A DNA stretch of 64,000 bases, taken from Polyangiaceae bacterium. GTDB lineage: Bacteria > Myxococcota_A > Polyangia > Polyangiales > Polyangiaceae. The translations under genes and the position numbers were made by a program. Below are positions 37,644 through 46,193 of the stretch, piece after piece (positions within the stretch are counted from its first letter, which is position 1; every line of letters starts with the position of its first letter). Below the pieces are notes generated by a model. It made no database searches, was not told where the DNA came from, and worked only from the letters and a program-made list of their open reading frames with translations. Location of the stretch: contig JBILLK010000019.1 in NCBI GenBank assembly GCA_044376115.1, positions 1 through 64,000 of the forward strand, given 5' to 3'.

Positions 37644-37686
37644 TGGCGGCCCGACCATCGCTTGTCCTGCAGCCGAGGCTGCACCC
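37644..37686 (-). promoter_or_regulatory. nhaA-I RNA motif (Li+-sensing riboswitch aptamer)
   Basis: Minus-strand GGGTGCAGCCTCGGCTGCAGGACAAGCGATGGTCGGGCCGCCA: GGGUG start, internal hairpin TGCAGC/GCTGCA, conserved-looking GGUCGGGCCGCC end; lies about 35 nt 5' of nhaA. Confidence 0.8.
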
Positions 37687-37748
37687 TGCGTCCACTGTGG
37701 ACCCTCAGACAGTCTCACAACCGCGTGGTTCGGTCGACCGTTACCGTA

Positions 37749-37800
37749 CGGCGCCCGCCGATTCCGCCGAGCTGCCGGTTCCCACCGAAGGTGGGTGCAG
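37749..37800 (-). promoter_or_regulatory. second structured cis-regulatory RNA candidate (sul1-motif-like)
   Basis: Minus-strand CTGCACCCACCTTCGGTGGGAACCGGCAGCTCGGCGGAATCGGCGGGCGCCG: UUCG-capped hairpin, GGGAACCGGCAG core, GGGCGCC end; resemblance to the sul1 motif is from memory only. Confidence 0.45.
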
Positions 37801-37814
37801 CAAAGAGAATCTCC

Positions 37815-39419
37815 TCAGGCTTTTCGGTAATGATCGACGACTTTGTAACGGCTCGCATAGGCGCCGAAGGCGAGCGCCGCGACGAAAGCGAAGCCGGCAA
37901 AGAAGAACATCAAGAAGGCCGTCATGCTCATGCCCGACGAGGCCTGCGCCCAAGCGGAGAAGCTCTCGCTCTTGACGCTGGAGTTGGCGAGCAGCACCCA
38001 CAGGTTGCCGATGGTGACGCTCAAGCTCCAGAAGCTCATCAGCGCGCCCTTCATGGCCGGCGGTGCTTGCGAATAGGCGAACTCGAGGCCGGTGGCCGAG
38101 ACCAGCACTTCACCGAAGGTGAGCAGCGCGTAGGGCAGGATTTGCCAGGTGATGCTGATCGGCGTGCCTCCGTCGATCGAAAGCTGCATGAAGCCGATCA
38201 CGATCCACGCGAGCCCAGCGAAGGCGATGCCTGCGGTCATTCTGCGCAAAGGGCGCGGCTCGATGCCGAGCTTGCGCAGGAGCGGGTAGAGCACGAGGTT
38301 GTTGAACGGCAAGAGGCCCATCACCAGCGCCGGGTTGAGCGCCTGCATTTGGGAGGGCTGGAACCACTCCGGCTTGGTCATCGCGTCGGCTTGGAGCACC
38401 CAGGTGGAGGCCTTCTGATCGAAAAGCGACCAGAACGGAGTGACCAACATGAACAACACCAACAGGCGCAACACGGCGCGCACGCCCTCGACCGCTTCTT
38501 CAGGATGGCGGCTGCGCGCCCCACCGATTTGTAGCCAGGTGCCCAGCCCGCCGAGCCCAACCAGCGAGACGATCGCCAAACAGAAGCAAGAGACGAAGCC
38601 GAGGGGCTTGATGAAGAGGAACGTTCCCAGCGCCAACACCGCACCGAGCGCAGCCAGACCGGTTCCCAGCCCGAAGCCTGAACCGGTAAGGGCGCTCCAA
38701 CAAACGTTGGCGAAAGAGTGCGGGTTTTTCCCAGCGGGCGGCTCGTGGATGTAGCGCCCGCGGCCGAGCCAAAACACCAGCGTGGCTATCAGCATCAGGA
38801 TGCCCGGCACGCCAAAAGCGACGCTCGCGTTGTAGCGTTTGAGCAGCACCGGCATCAGCAACGAGGCGAAGAAGGAGCCGAAGTTGATAATCCAGTAAAA
38901 CGCGTCAAAGACGAACTTCGCCAGGTGCTTGTTGCTCTGATCGAACTGATCTCCGACGAAGGAAGAGACGCACGGCTTGATGCCGCCCGAGCCCAGCGCG
39001 ATCAGGAACAGGCCGGCAAAGAAGCCGTTGCGGTTGTTCTCGAAGGCGGCCAAAAAACCGTGGCCAACGCAATAGACCAGGCTCAAGTAGAGGATCGTGC
39101 GGTACTTGCCCAGGAACCGATCGGCCAGCCAGCCGCCGAGCAGCGGGAAGAAATAAACGCCGATCACGAAGGTGTGAAAGACGTCTTTGGATGCGGCTTT
39201 GCGCGCTACCTCATCCCCGAGCACGCCCAGGATCGCCGACGAGACCAGGAACTGCGTCAGGATGTTGCGCATCCCGTAGAAGCTGAAACGCTCGCAGCCT
39301 TCATTGCCGATGATGAAGGGGATCTGCGGCGGCAACTTGGCGTTGGGCGCGGTGGCGATGGCCGTGGGGGAGTTCACCCGGCGTTCTTCCGATCGCTGCG
39401 GCGGGCTGGCAAGAGACAT
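37815..39419 (-). CDS. proton-dependent oligopeptide transporter (POT/PTR family)
   Basis: ExxERFSFYG motif (NEGCERFSFYGMR), GGWLADRFLG, GSGGIKPCVSSF.GDQF, FYWIINFGS, GLEFAYSQAP; start trimmed to ATG 39419. Confidence 0.95.
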   Translation of the reverse strand: MSLASPPQRSEERRVNSPTAIATAPNAKLPPQIPFIIGNEGCERFSFYGMRNILTQFLVSSAILGVLGDEVARKAASKDVFHTFVIGVYFFPLLGGWLADRFLGKYRTILYLSLVYCVGHGFLAAFENNRNGFFAGLFLIALGSGGIKPCVSSFVGDQFDQSNKHLAKFVFDAFYWIINFGSFFASLLMPVLLKRYNASVAFGVPGILMLIATLVFWLGRGRYIHEPPAGKNPHSFANVCWSALTGSGFGLGTGLAALGAVLALGTFLFIKPLGFVSCFCLAIVSLVGLGGLGTWLQIGGARSRHPEEAVEGVRAVLRLLVLFMLVTPFWSLFDQKASTWVLQADAMTKPEWFQPSQMQALNPALVMGLLPFNNLVLYPLLRKLGIEPRPLRRMTAGIAFAGLAWIVIGFMQLSIDGGTPISITWQILPYALLTFGEVLVSATGLEFAYSQAPPAMKGALMSFWSLSVTIGNLWVLLANSSVKSESFSAWAQASSGMSMTAFLMFFFAGFAFVAALAFGAYASRYKVVDHYRKA

Positions 39420-39468
39420 GACTCCCGATTCGCTGAGGAAGCGAAGCTCGAGTAGGCTCCGCAGCCTG

Positions 39469-40293
39469 ATGCGGGCCTCCCTCGCGACCGTCGCCCTATG
39501 CGCGATCAGCTGCGGCTCTGAGCAGGCCGGCGCGCCAGCGCGGTCGGCGGAACTCGGCGCAACCAGCGCCAGCGCGACCGGCTCGAGCGAGGTGCCGGTC
39601 TTGGCGCCGGTGCGCAACGCCGAAGCGGAGGCGCTCGCGCTCGCTCCCTTCGACCCAGCGCTGAGCGACAGCGCCGAGCGCTTGCGCCGCGTAGAGCGTG
39701 CCTTCGTGCTGTGTGCGGCGCCGCGTGTGGCCGCGATGCAACCGGCCGATCCCAAGGCTGAAAGCCCGCCCAGCCCGAGCACCGCTTTGCTGTGCAGCCG
39801 TGAAACGTTGTCGAAGTTGCACCTGCTGCGCGCCAACGACTGGGCCACCGCGAACGGCGCTGCAGCAGTGCAAGAGTTCACCTGGGCGCTCGACTACGAT
39901 CCCGACATCTTGGTCGCGCCGGACGAGCCGCAGGCGGTCTTGCAGGCCTTCGCTAGCGCAAAAGCCGAACGTCCAGCGCGTGTGCGACGCGGCCCGGTGA
40001 GCGTCTCGGCAGGCAAGTCGGAGCAGCTGCTCGGGGCCGAGCTCGACAAGCTGACGGCCCACCTCACGGCCTGTTATCGCGTCGGTCTAGCGACCCAACC
40101 TAGCTTGGAGGGCCAGCTCGATCTGGTCGTGCGCTTGGGCCAAACCGAGGGCGAGCGCGTTTCGCTGACGGGGGCGATCGAGCATGAAGGCGTGAAGCGC
40201 TGCTTTGCCGACGTGGTTCGGCGGGCGATGGTAGATCGCCGACAAGGGCCCTCGTTCAGCGCCAGCTTCAGCTTCACGTTGTCGCGCGGCTAG
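39469..40293 (+). CDS. lipoprotein with AgmX/PglI-type C-terminal domain
   Basis: AISC lipobox; C-terminal LTACYRVGLATQPSLEG...VKRCF. Confidence 0.7.
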   Translation: MRASLATVALCAISCGSEQAGAPARSAELGATSASATGSSEVPVLAPVRNAEAEALALAPFDPALSDSAERLRRVERAFVLCAAPRVAAMQPADPKAESPPSPSTALLCSRETLSKLHLLRANDWATANGAAAVQEFTWALDYDPDILVAPDEPQAVLQAFASAKAERPARVRRGPVSVSAGKSEQLLGAELDKLTAHLTACYRVGLATQPSLEGQLDLVVRLGQTEGERVSLTGAIEHEGVKRCFADVVRRAMVDRRQGPSFSASFSFTLSRG

Positions 40294-40295
40294 GC

Positions 40296-41021
40296 TCAGA
40301 ACCAGGTCTCGAACAGACCGCGGTCCACTTCGACGCCGTGCAAGGTGAGCGAAATACGCGCGCGCTCGCCGCGAAAGGGGCGGATCTGATGGAGTCGGAA
40401 GGAGCTCATCAAAAGCGCGTCCCCTGCGGCGTAAGCAATGGTTTGCGTTGGGGCGGTGCGTTGGGCATCGCTCGGCTCCTCGCTGCCCGCGTACATCGCG
40501 TCGTAAAGGCGCAAACCGCCGCCCCACGTGGGCGGTTGCAGCATCACCACCAGCGACAGAGAGCGCGCCTTGCGAGCAAGGTACAAAGGCGAAAGACCCT
40601 CGACGTCGAAATGGACGACGCCTCCTTTGCGCGCGACCAAGCCGCCGGGTTCAAAAATGTGTGCGCCCGCCGAGCAGAAGCCCGGCCGGGGCCGGACTTG
40701 GGCGCGCGCCATGGTGCTGAACAGGTCGCGCATCCACGATTGCATGCCCGGCAGCCGCGCCTCGACCGCAGCGTCCGAGCGCTCGGCCTGGTCGAAGTAG
40801 AGCTTGGCCCGCTCGGTCTCGTAGTGGGTGTAAAACGCGCGGCCGAGCGAGAACTGATCGCCGCCAAAGTCTTTGGTCCAACTGCGTCGCGAGGCCAGAA
40901 CCCGCTTCGTAAAGCCAGCTGCACGCTCGGCCGAGAGCGCGCCGCGAGCGAGCAGCACCTGCTGCTCGAAGTCGCACTCAGGCACTTCGGCGGTTGTGGC
41001 TCGATAGCGGACGATCTGCAT
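40296..41021 (-). CDS. 2OG-Fe(II) oxygenase superfamily protein
   Basis: HFD...GGGLRLY...LHQI...RISLT (HxD, distal His, RxS). Confidence 0.75.
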   Translation of the reverse strand: MQIVRYRATTAEVPECDFEQQVLLARGALSAERAAGFTKRVLASRRSWTKDFGGDQFSLGRAFYTHYETERAKLYFDQAERSDAAVEARLPGMQSWMRDLFSTMARAQVRPRPGFCSAGAHIFEPGGLVARKGGVVHFDVEGLSPLYLARKARSLSLVVMLQPPTWGGGLRLYDAMYAGSEEPSDAQRTAPTQTIAYAAGDALLMSSFRLHQIRPFRGERARISLTLHGVEVDRGLFETWF

Positions 41022-41237
41022 CGGTGCGAAGCGTTCCTCTGTGCGACGGCCAGGCTGCGGTCACAACCCCGAAGCCACTGGTCGCGCGATCTCCCGTTCC
41101 GTCAGCGTCACCGCGGCCGCGTTGCCGCGGACCAAGCTGGATTTGGCGGCCCTGTTGCCGCTTCGCCGACCCGCATCCGCACGGAAGTCGCCGCATTGCT
41201 TGGCATAGGACGGTTTATTCGGTTCAATGCGTCGCGA

Positions 41238-42224
41238 GTGCCGGTCCGACCTTTCCCAATCCTTTCGCGATGGCTCGCCCTGGCCGCGCTCGCGCTGACG
41301 TTGTGTCGCGCAAGCGTGGCGCAGGCTGCGGACGGGGAAGAGCTCGACTACGCGAAGTCGCTGATCGACGGCGCTCAATACGAGGAGGCCGCGACGCGCT
41401 TCCAGGTCCTGCTCGACCCGGCGCGCGAGCCTTGCCCAACCGTCGCTCAGCTAACGACCAGCGGTTGCAAGCTGGTCGACGAGAGCACGATCTGGCGGGC
41501 TCGCTCGTACTATGCGCTCGCTCTGGCCCTGCTCGATCGCAAGGCCGAGGCGAAGAGTCAGTTCAAGCTGCTGCTCAAGCAGAGCCCGACGTTCATTCCC
41601 AGTCCGGCGATCTTCCCACAAAAGACGATCGAGCTGTTTTTGCAGGCCAAGAGCGAAGTCGAAGCCGACCTGACCAGCCAAGCGCTGCTGGATCAGAAGC
41701 GCAAAAGCGAGGAAGCCGCCGAGAGCGCTGCCTACCAAGCCTACGTCGCCTCGCTCGAGAGCTTGGCCGCCAAGGAAGTGGTGGTAAGCGAGCGCGCTCG
41801 CTGGATGGCGATCCTCCCCTTCGGCGTCGGTCAGTTCGTCAACGAGAACACAGCGCTCGGCGTGTTCTTCCTTTCGATCGAGGTCGCCACGCTCGGCGTT
41901 TCGGTGGGCACCTTCGTTGGGCACTCGGTGCTCTCCACCTGCGGTACCCGCGTTCGTCCCGACATTTGTGGTGCGGCGCTCGATCCGGTGGCGCTCGAGG
42001 AGCAGGTGGAGCAGCTGAAGGTCGCCAACATCATTTCAACCGCGAGCCTCGCGGCGCTGATGATCGCAGGGGTGATCGAGGCGCAAGTGAGCTTCGCGCC
42101 GAGCGTCGAAAAGACCCGCCTGCGCAAGCTTCCGCAGAAGCCCGCCACGCCCAAATCGCTCACCGTCACCGGCGTGCCCGACGCCCCCGATGCCGTCGGT
42201 TTGGGCGTCCAGCTTGCTTGGTAG
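41238..42224 (+). CDS. TPR-containing secreted/membrane protein
   Basis: Signal peptide, TPR-like helices, LPFGVGQFVN TM motif; start trimmed to GTG 41238. Confidence 0.75.
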   Translation: MPVRPFPILSRWLALAALALTLCRASVAQAADGEELDYAKSLIDGAQYEEAATRFQVLLDPAREPCPTVAQLTTSGCKLVDESTIWRARSYYALALALLDRKAEAKSQFKLLLKQSPTFIPSPAIFPQKTIELFLQAKSEVEADLTSQALLDQKRKSEEAAESAAYQAYVASLESLAAKEVVVSERARWMAILPFGVGQFVNENTALGVFFLSIEVATLGVSVGTFVGHSVLSTCGTRVRPDICGAALDPVALEEQVEQLKVANIISTASLAALMIAGVIEAQVSFAPSVEKTRLRKLPQKPATPKSLTVTGVPDAPDAVGLGVQLAW

Positions 42225-42258
42225 CTAGGTCGTTGGTGACGCTGGCGCGCCGTGCTAG

Positions 42259-43005
42259 TTGAAAGCCGTGGAATCGCAAGGCGAAGAGCAATCCAGGAAG
42301 TACTACGACCAGTTCGCGAAGGGCTACGACGACAAGCGAGGAGGTAACGAGCCAGGCGGTTATCACGACCTGCTCGACGACCTTGAGGTTGAGACTGTCC
42401 GCCGTTTTGGAGAGGGCAAGGACGTGCTCGAGGTGGGCTGCGGCACCGGCCTCTTGCTCACGCGTTTCAGCGACTTCGCCCGCAGCGCCAAAGGGATCGA
42501 TCTTTCGCCCGGCATGCTCGAGAAGGCGAAGGCCCGCGGGCTGGACGTGGTGGAGGGCTCGGCGACTGCGTTGCCCTTCGCCGATCAAAGCTTCGACGTC
42601 GCTTGCTCTTTCAAGGTGCTCGCGCACATCCCCGACATCTCGGCTGCGCTATCCGAGATGCTGCGGGTGGTGCGCCCGGGCGGTTACGTGATCGCTGAGT
42701 TCTACAATCCGTGGAGCTTGCGTTACGCCGCAAAGAAGGCCGCTGGTGCTCGCAAGACCTCAGGCGCCTTCAAAGAGGACGCGGTCTTCACGCGCTTTGA
42801 TTCGCCGTTCTCGGTGCGGGATCGCACGCCGGCCGGAGCTACGCTGGTGGCCACGCGCGGCATCCGGATCGTGACGCCCGCTGCCTTCGTGATGAGCTTG
42901 CCCATCGTTTCGGGCGCGTTGCGCGCCGTCGAGGTCGCGCTGGCGGACTCTCCGCTCAAGCAGTTCGCAGGCTTCTACGTCGCGATTTGGCAGCGGGACC
43001 GCTGA
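42259..43005 (+). CDS. class I SAM-dependent methyltransferase
   Basis: VLEVGCGTG, GIDLSPGML, LPFADQSFD, RVVRPGG. Confidence 0.9.
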   Translation: MKAVESQGEEQSRKYYDQFAKGYDDKRGGNEPGGYHDLLDDLEVETVRRFGEGKDVLEVGCGTGLLLTRFSDFARSAKGIDLSPGMLEKAKARGLDVVEGSATALPFADQSFDVACSFKVLAHIPDISAALSEMLRVVRPGGYVIAEFYNPWSLRYAAKKAAGARKTSGAFKEDAVFTRFDSPFSVRDRTPAGATLVATRGIRIVTPAAFVMSLPIVSGALRAVEVALADSPLKQFAGFYVAIWQRDR

Positions 43006-43027
43006 GCCGTAACGGAGTGAAAGCAGC

Positions 43028-43525
43028 ATGAAGCCAGGCGACCACCCGGAGTTTTTTCGTTTTCCGGCGCCGCCTGGCTTGAGTCGGGAGAGCCGCATCG
43101 TGCTCAATCGCTTCGGCGATTTCTTTCACGAGGGTGAGAAGGTCGAGCGTGCATCGCTGGCTCGCGCGATGCATTCGTGGCTCTCCTACCACCCGGACGA
43201 TGGCCGGCCGATCCTCGAGAACGGCTACGACTGGTGCTACCTCACCGTCGAGGATACGGCGCACTTCGTGGCTCACCTGCGCGCCGAAGCCGACGGCCCG
43301 CATGTGCTGCTCAGTTCGGGTCATGAGGAGCTGCTTCGTGCCGAGACGCTGCAGGTCGATGCGGAGGGCGTAGCTTTCGTCGAGGTTCTGCCGCGCGGCG
43401 CGTCGCAGCCGGTGCTCGCTCGCTTCTTGCGTGAGGCGCAAATCGCGCTCGAGCCATGGCTCGCCGACGAGCCGCTGCGTCTCGTGATTGATGGTCGTGC
43501 GTTTGCGATCGGAACCCGCGCTTGA
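43028..43525 (+). CDS. DUF1285-like hypothetical protein
   Basis: IVLNRFGDFFHEGEKVER..WCYLTVEDTAHFV resembles DUF1285. Confidence 0.6.
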   Translation: MKPGDHPEFFRFPAPPGLSRESRIVLNRFGDFFHEGEKVERASLARAMHSWLSYHPDDGRPILENGYDWCYLTVEDTAHFVAHLRAEADGPHVLLSSGHEELLRAETLQVDAEGVAFVEVLPRGASQPVLARFLREAQIALEPWLADEPLRLVIDGRAFAIGTRA

Positions 43526-44580
43526 AGGGCATTGACCGCACCTTGATCGCCGCCCTCGCGGTGGTGGTGTTGGCGCTCGCCGGTTGGGTGCTGCTCGAGC
43601 TTTGGTCGCCGATCGTCGTCGCGATTTGGACCGCCGCATTGCTTGATCCGCTGGTCACGCGCATCAGCAAGCTGGCTCGCGGAAGTCGCGCTGTTGGCGC
43701 AGCGGTGGCCATCGTGATCGTTTTTGCTTTGTTCGTCCCTGTGGGGATGTTGGCGGTGAGCTTGGTCTCCAGCGGCCTGGATTTCGCGCGGGCGATGCTT
43801 GCCTCGCCGCAAGCGCGTCAGGCGCTCGCGCTGGTGACCTCCAGCGAGGCAGAAGGTCCGGTCGGCCTGACCAAGTTCGTTGAGGTGCTGCAAACGCACG
43901 GAGACACGGCCTGGGCGCTGGGGAGTCAGTTCGCCGGCGCGGGGGCCTGGGCGCTGATCGTGGTGACCACCTTCACCGTCGCGCTGTTTCAGTTCCTGGT
44001 CTCGGGCCGGGAGATTTGGGCCTGGCTCGTGGACCATGCGCCGCTGCCGCGGCAAGCCGCCGAGCGCCTTGGCCATACCTTCATCGAGACGGGCCGCGGG
44101 CTCTTCATCGGCGCGGGGCTCACTGCGCTCGCGCAGGCAATCGTCGCCACCGTTTCCTTCCTCGTGCTCGGGATCCCGCGAGCCGCGATCTTGGGCGCGC
44201 TCACGTTCGTGGGCGCCTTCGTTCCGGGCATCGGTACGGCGATGGTTTGGGCGCCGGTTGCTTTGGGCCTCGCTCTCAATGGCCAGACCGGCAAAGCGAT
44301 TGTCCTAACGTTGATCGGCCTGTTTGGCATCGGGTCGATCGACAACGTGCTGCGGCCGTTCCTGCAGCGTTGGGGCGGTCACCTGGACCTCTCGACCTGG
44401 TTGCTGTTGGTTGCAGCCTTTGGTGGCTTGGCTGCGTTTGGGCCGGCCGGCCTGCTGCTCGGGCCGTTGGTGTTGCGCATGGCCAAGGAGATCTTGGTGA
44501 TGGCGCGGGAGCAACGTGAAGCCGAGAAGCCCTTGAGTGAACCGACGTCCAAGCCCAGCGAAGCGAGCGAATCCGCCTGA
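43522..44580 (+). CDS. AI-2E family transporter
   Basis: Multi-TM; VPGIGTAMVWAP, IDNVLRP, GGLAAFGPAGLLLGP. Confidence 0.9.
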   Translation: MKGIDRTLIAALAVVVLALAGWVLLELWSPIVVAIWTAALLDPLVTRISKLARGSRAVGAAVAIVIVFALFVPVGMLAVSLVSSGLDFARAMLASPQARQALALVTSSEAEGPVGLTKFVEVLQTHGDTAWALGSQFAGAGAWALIVVTTFTVALFQFLVSGREIWAWLVDHAPLPRQAAERLGHTFIETGRGLFIGAGLTALAQAIVATVSFLVLGIPRAAILGALTFVGAFVPGIGTAMVWAPVALGLALNGQTGKAIVLTLIGLFGIGSIDNVLRPFLQRWGGHLDLSTWLLLVAAFGGLAAFGPAGLLLGPLVLRMAKEILVMAREQREAEKPLSEPTSKPSEASESA

Positions 44581-44675
44581 GCCGCGGGTCAACCCGTCTC
44601 GTCGCACAGCGAGGTCGCCTTCGCGGCGTTGGTTCTTGGTAGGAGCCATTGTTGTTGGTGTAGCGTGGCCTCCAC

Positions 44676-45068
44676 GTGGCCGTCACCCTGCTCGACAGCG
44701 ATTTTTACCTGGTTGAACGCGTCGATACGCGCGGGTTCATTCGGCTGACGCGCAAGGTGCGGCCGTTTCTAAGCGAAGATGAAGTGGTGGGCGCCTTCAC
44801 GCCGTTGCAACGCGTGCTCGATGCCGAAGGTAGGGAGCGCTGCGTGCTCTTGGTTGATACGCGGGTCGTGGCCGGGCGTAATGATCCGGCCTCGGAGGCG
44901 ATGTTCGCCAAACATCGCCGGGCTACGGTGACCGGCTTCAAACGCGTCGCTATGTTGGTGCAAACCCCAGTCGGCGCGCTCCACGTTCAGCGGCTGATGG
45001 TGCAAGACCGCAGCGACGCGCGGGTCTTCAGCGACGAAGCCGAGGCCATCACGTACCTGACTCGATGA
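44676..45068 (+). CDS. STAS/SEC14 (SpoIIAA-like) domain protein
   Basis: LLVDTRVVAGRNDP, RVAMLV, RVFSDEAEAITYL pattern. Confidence 0.7.
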   Translation: MAVTLLDSDFYLVERVDTRGFIRLTRKVRPFLSEDEVVGAFTPLQRVLDAEGRERCVLLVDTRVVAGRNDPASEAMFAKHRRATVTGFKRVAMLVQTPVGALHVQRLMVQDRSDARVFSDEAEAITYLTR

Positions 45069-45092
45069 GCTGCTGGTGTTGCGGTAGCCGCG

Positions 45093-45968
45093 TCACGCGG
45101 GTGCATCGAATTGCAGCTGCACGTCGGTGAGCTCGACGCGCAACCTGGAGCGCTCAGGTAGTGGCACGGTGGACCACGCGTAGACGACGTAACCAGGGCC
45201 GCCGCCGCCGCTGAACTGTCCCGCCCGAGTACCGCGTACAGGCTGATCATACGGATCGACGACGCCGCGATTGTTGACCTCGAGCCGGCGGTCGTCGTGA
45301 AGGCCGTGGATGCGGATGGCCAGGCCGTGCAGCGTGTCCGGGCGCTTGTCAAAGTGGCCAAACGCCGCTTCGATCGAGACCACCTCGGCGCGCAGCTGCA
45401 GCGATTCGAACAGGCTGTGGTTGACCGCGTCGCCCACCTTTCGTGCCCGCGTTGCATCGAAGTAAACCTCGTGCACTGCGCGCACTTCGACCGGGAGATC
45501 GAGCGTCTTTTTCTGCTGGCAACTCCGCAGCGTGGAGCCAAGCAGCTTCTCGAGCGAGCCTTGGTAGCGGGCCTTGCCGTCTTCGATCTCGAGCACGCGA
45601 CCGCCCTCGAGGCACAAGTAGTTCCCGGCGAAGTCCTTGGCGAAGGCGAACCGCTCCGGCTTTGCCCAGCTTGCTCCGTGCAGCGCCGCCTGACGAAAGT
45701 TCTCCCGCGTTTGTTTGAGCCCGTCCACGCTGTCGACCGGCATGAACCAATAGCCGTCGAAGATCCCCGCAGCCCGCTCGACTCCGCCGCGTTGACCCGC
45801 CGCGAGCGCATACAGCTCCACGAGCTCCTCCGGCGGCTCCTCTCCAAGTAACTCGCGCAATCGTTCACGCGGGATTCCTGGTAGCAGCGAACTCGAGGTG
45901 CAAGGCGAGCTGCTCGCGAGCCAATCGGCGAGGGCGCGCCAGCGCTTGGTCAACAGCAGACCGGTCAC
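45093..45968 (-). CDS. SMI1/KNR4 (SUKH) family protein with extra C-terminal domain
   Basis: LLPG..LGEEPPEELVELY..GQ, FAFAKDFAGNYLCL motifs. Confidence 0.7.
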   Translation of the reverse strand: MTGLLLTKRWRALADWLASSSPCTSSSLLPGIPRERLRELLGEEPPEELVELYALAAGQRGGVERAAGIFDGYWFMPVDSVDGLKQTRENFRQAALHGASWAKPERFAFAKDFAGNYLCLEGGRVLEIEDGKARYQGSLEKLLGSTLRSCQQKKTLDLPVEVRAVHEVYFDATRARKVGDAVNHSLFESLQLRAEVVSIEAAFGHFDKRPDTLHGLAIRIHGLHDDRRLEVNNRGVVDPYDQPVRGTRAGQFSGGGGPGYVVYAWSTVPLPERSRLRVELTDVQLQFDAPA

Positions 45969-45970
45969 GT

Positions 45971-46177
45971 TCAGGGCTTACGAACCGGCGGCGCCGGAAG
46001 GGCGGTGCCGTCGGGCAGCAGATTCTTCGGTGGCACCACCCCTTGGCTCACCGATTGGAAGCGCGCGCAGCGAGAGAAGTCCCCTTCACAATAGAGAGAC
46101 TGCATCACCCGCAGGGCCGCCTGGTTCCGGAACTCTGGAAACACAGGGCACAGCTGCATCTTCGGGCAAGGGCTCAC
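45971..46177 (-). CDS. small four-Cys hypothetical protein
   Basis: 68 aa from GTG: CPKMQLCPVF..YCEGDFSRCARF..PKNLLPDG; fits between the tamB stop and the SMI1 start. Confidence 0.7.
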   Translation of the reverse strand: MSPCPKMQLCPVFPEFRNQAALRVMQSLYCEGDFSRCARFQSVSQGVVPPKNLLPDGTALPAPPVRKP

Positions 46178-46193
46178 GGGCGCGACTATACTC

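Noticed and set aside
39420..39881. N-terminal 154-aa extension of the POT transporter ORF
   Set aside because: Overlaps the divergent lipoprotein gene; transporter motifs start only after Met 39419.
40338..41237. 5' extension of the 628-aa ORF
   Set aside because: Antisense shadow of the 2OG oxygenase; the signal peptide places the real start near 41238.
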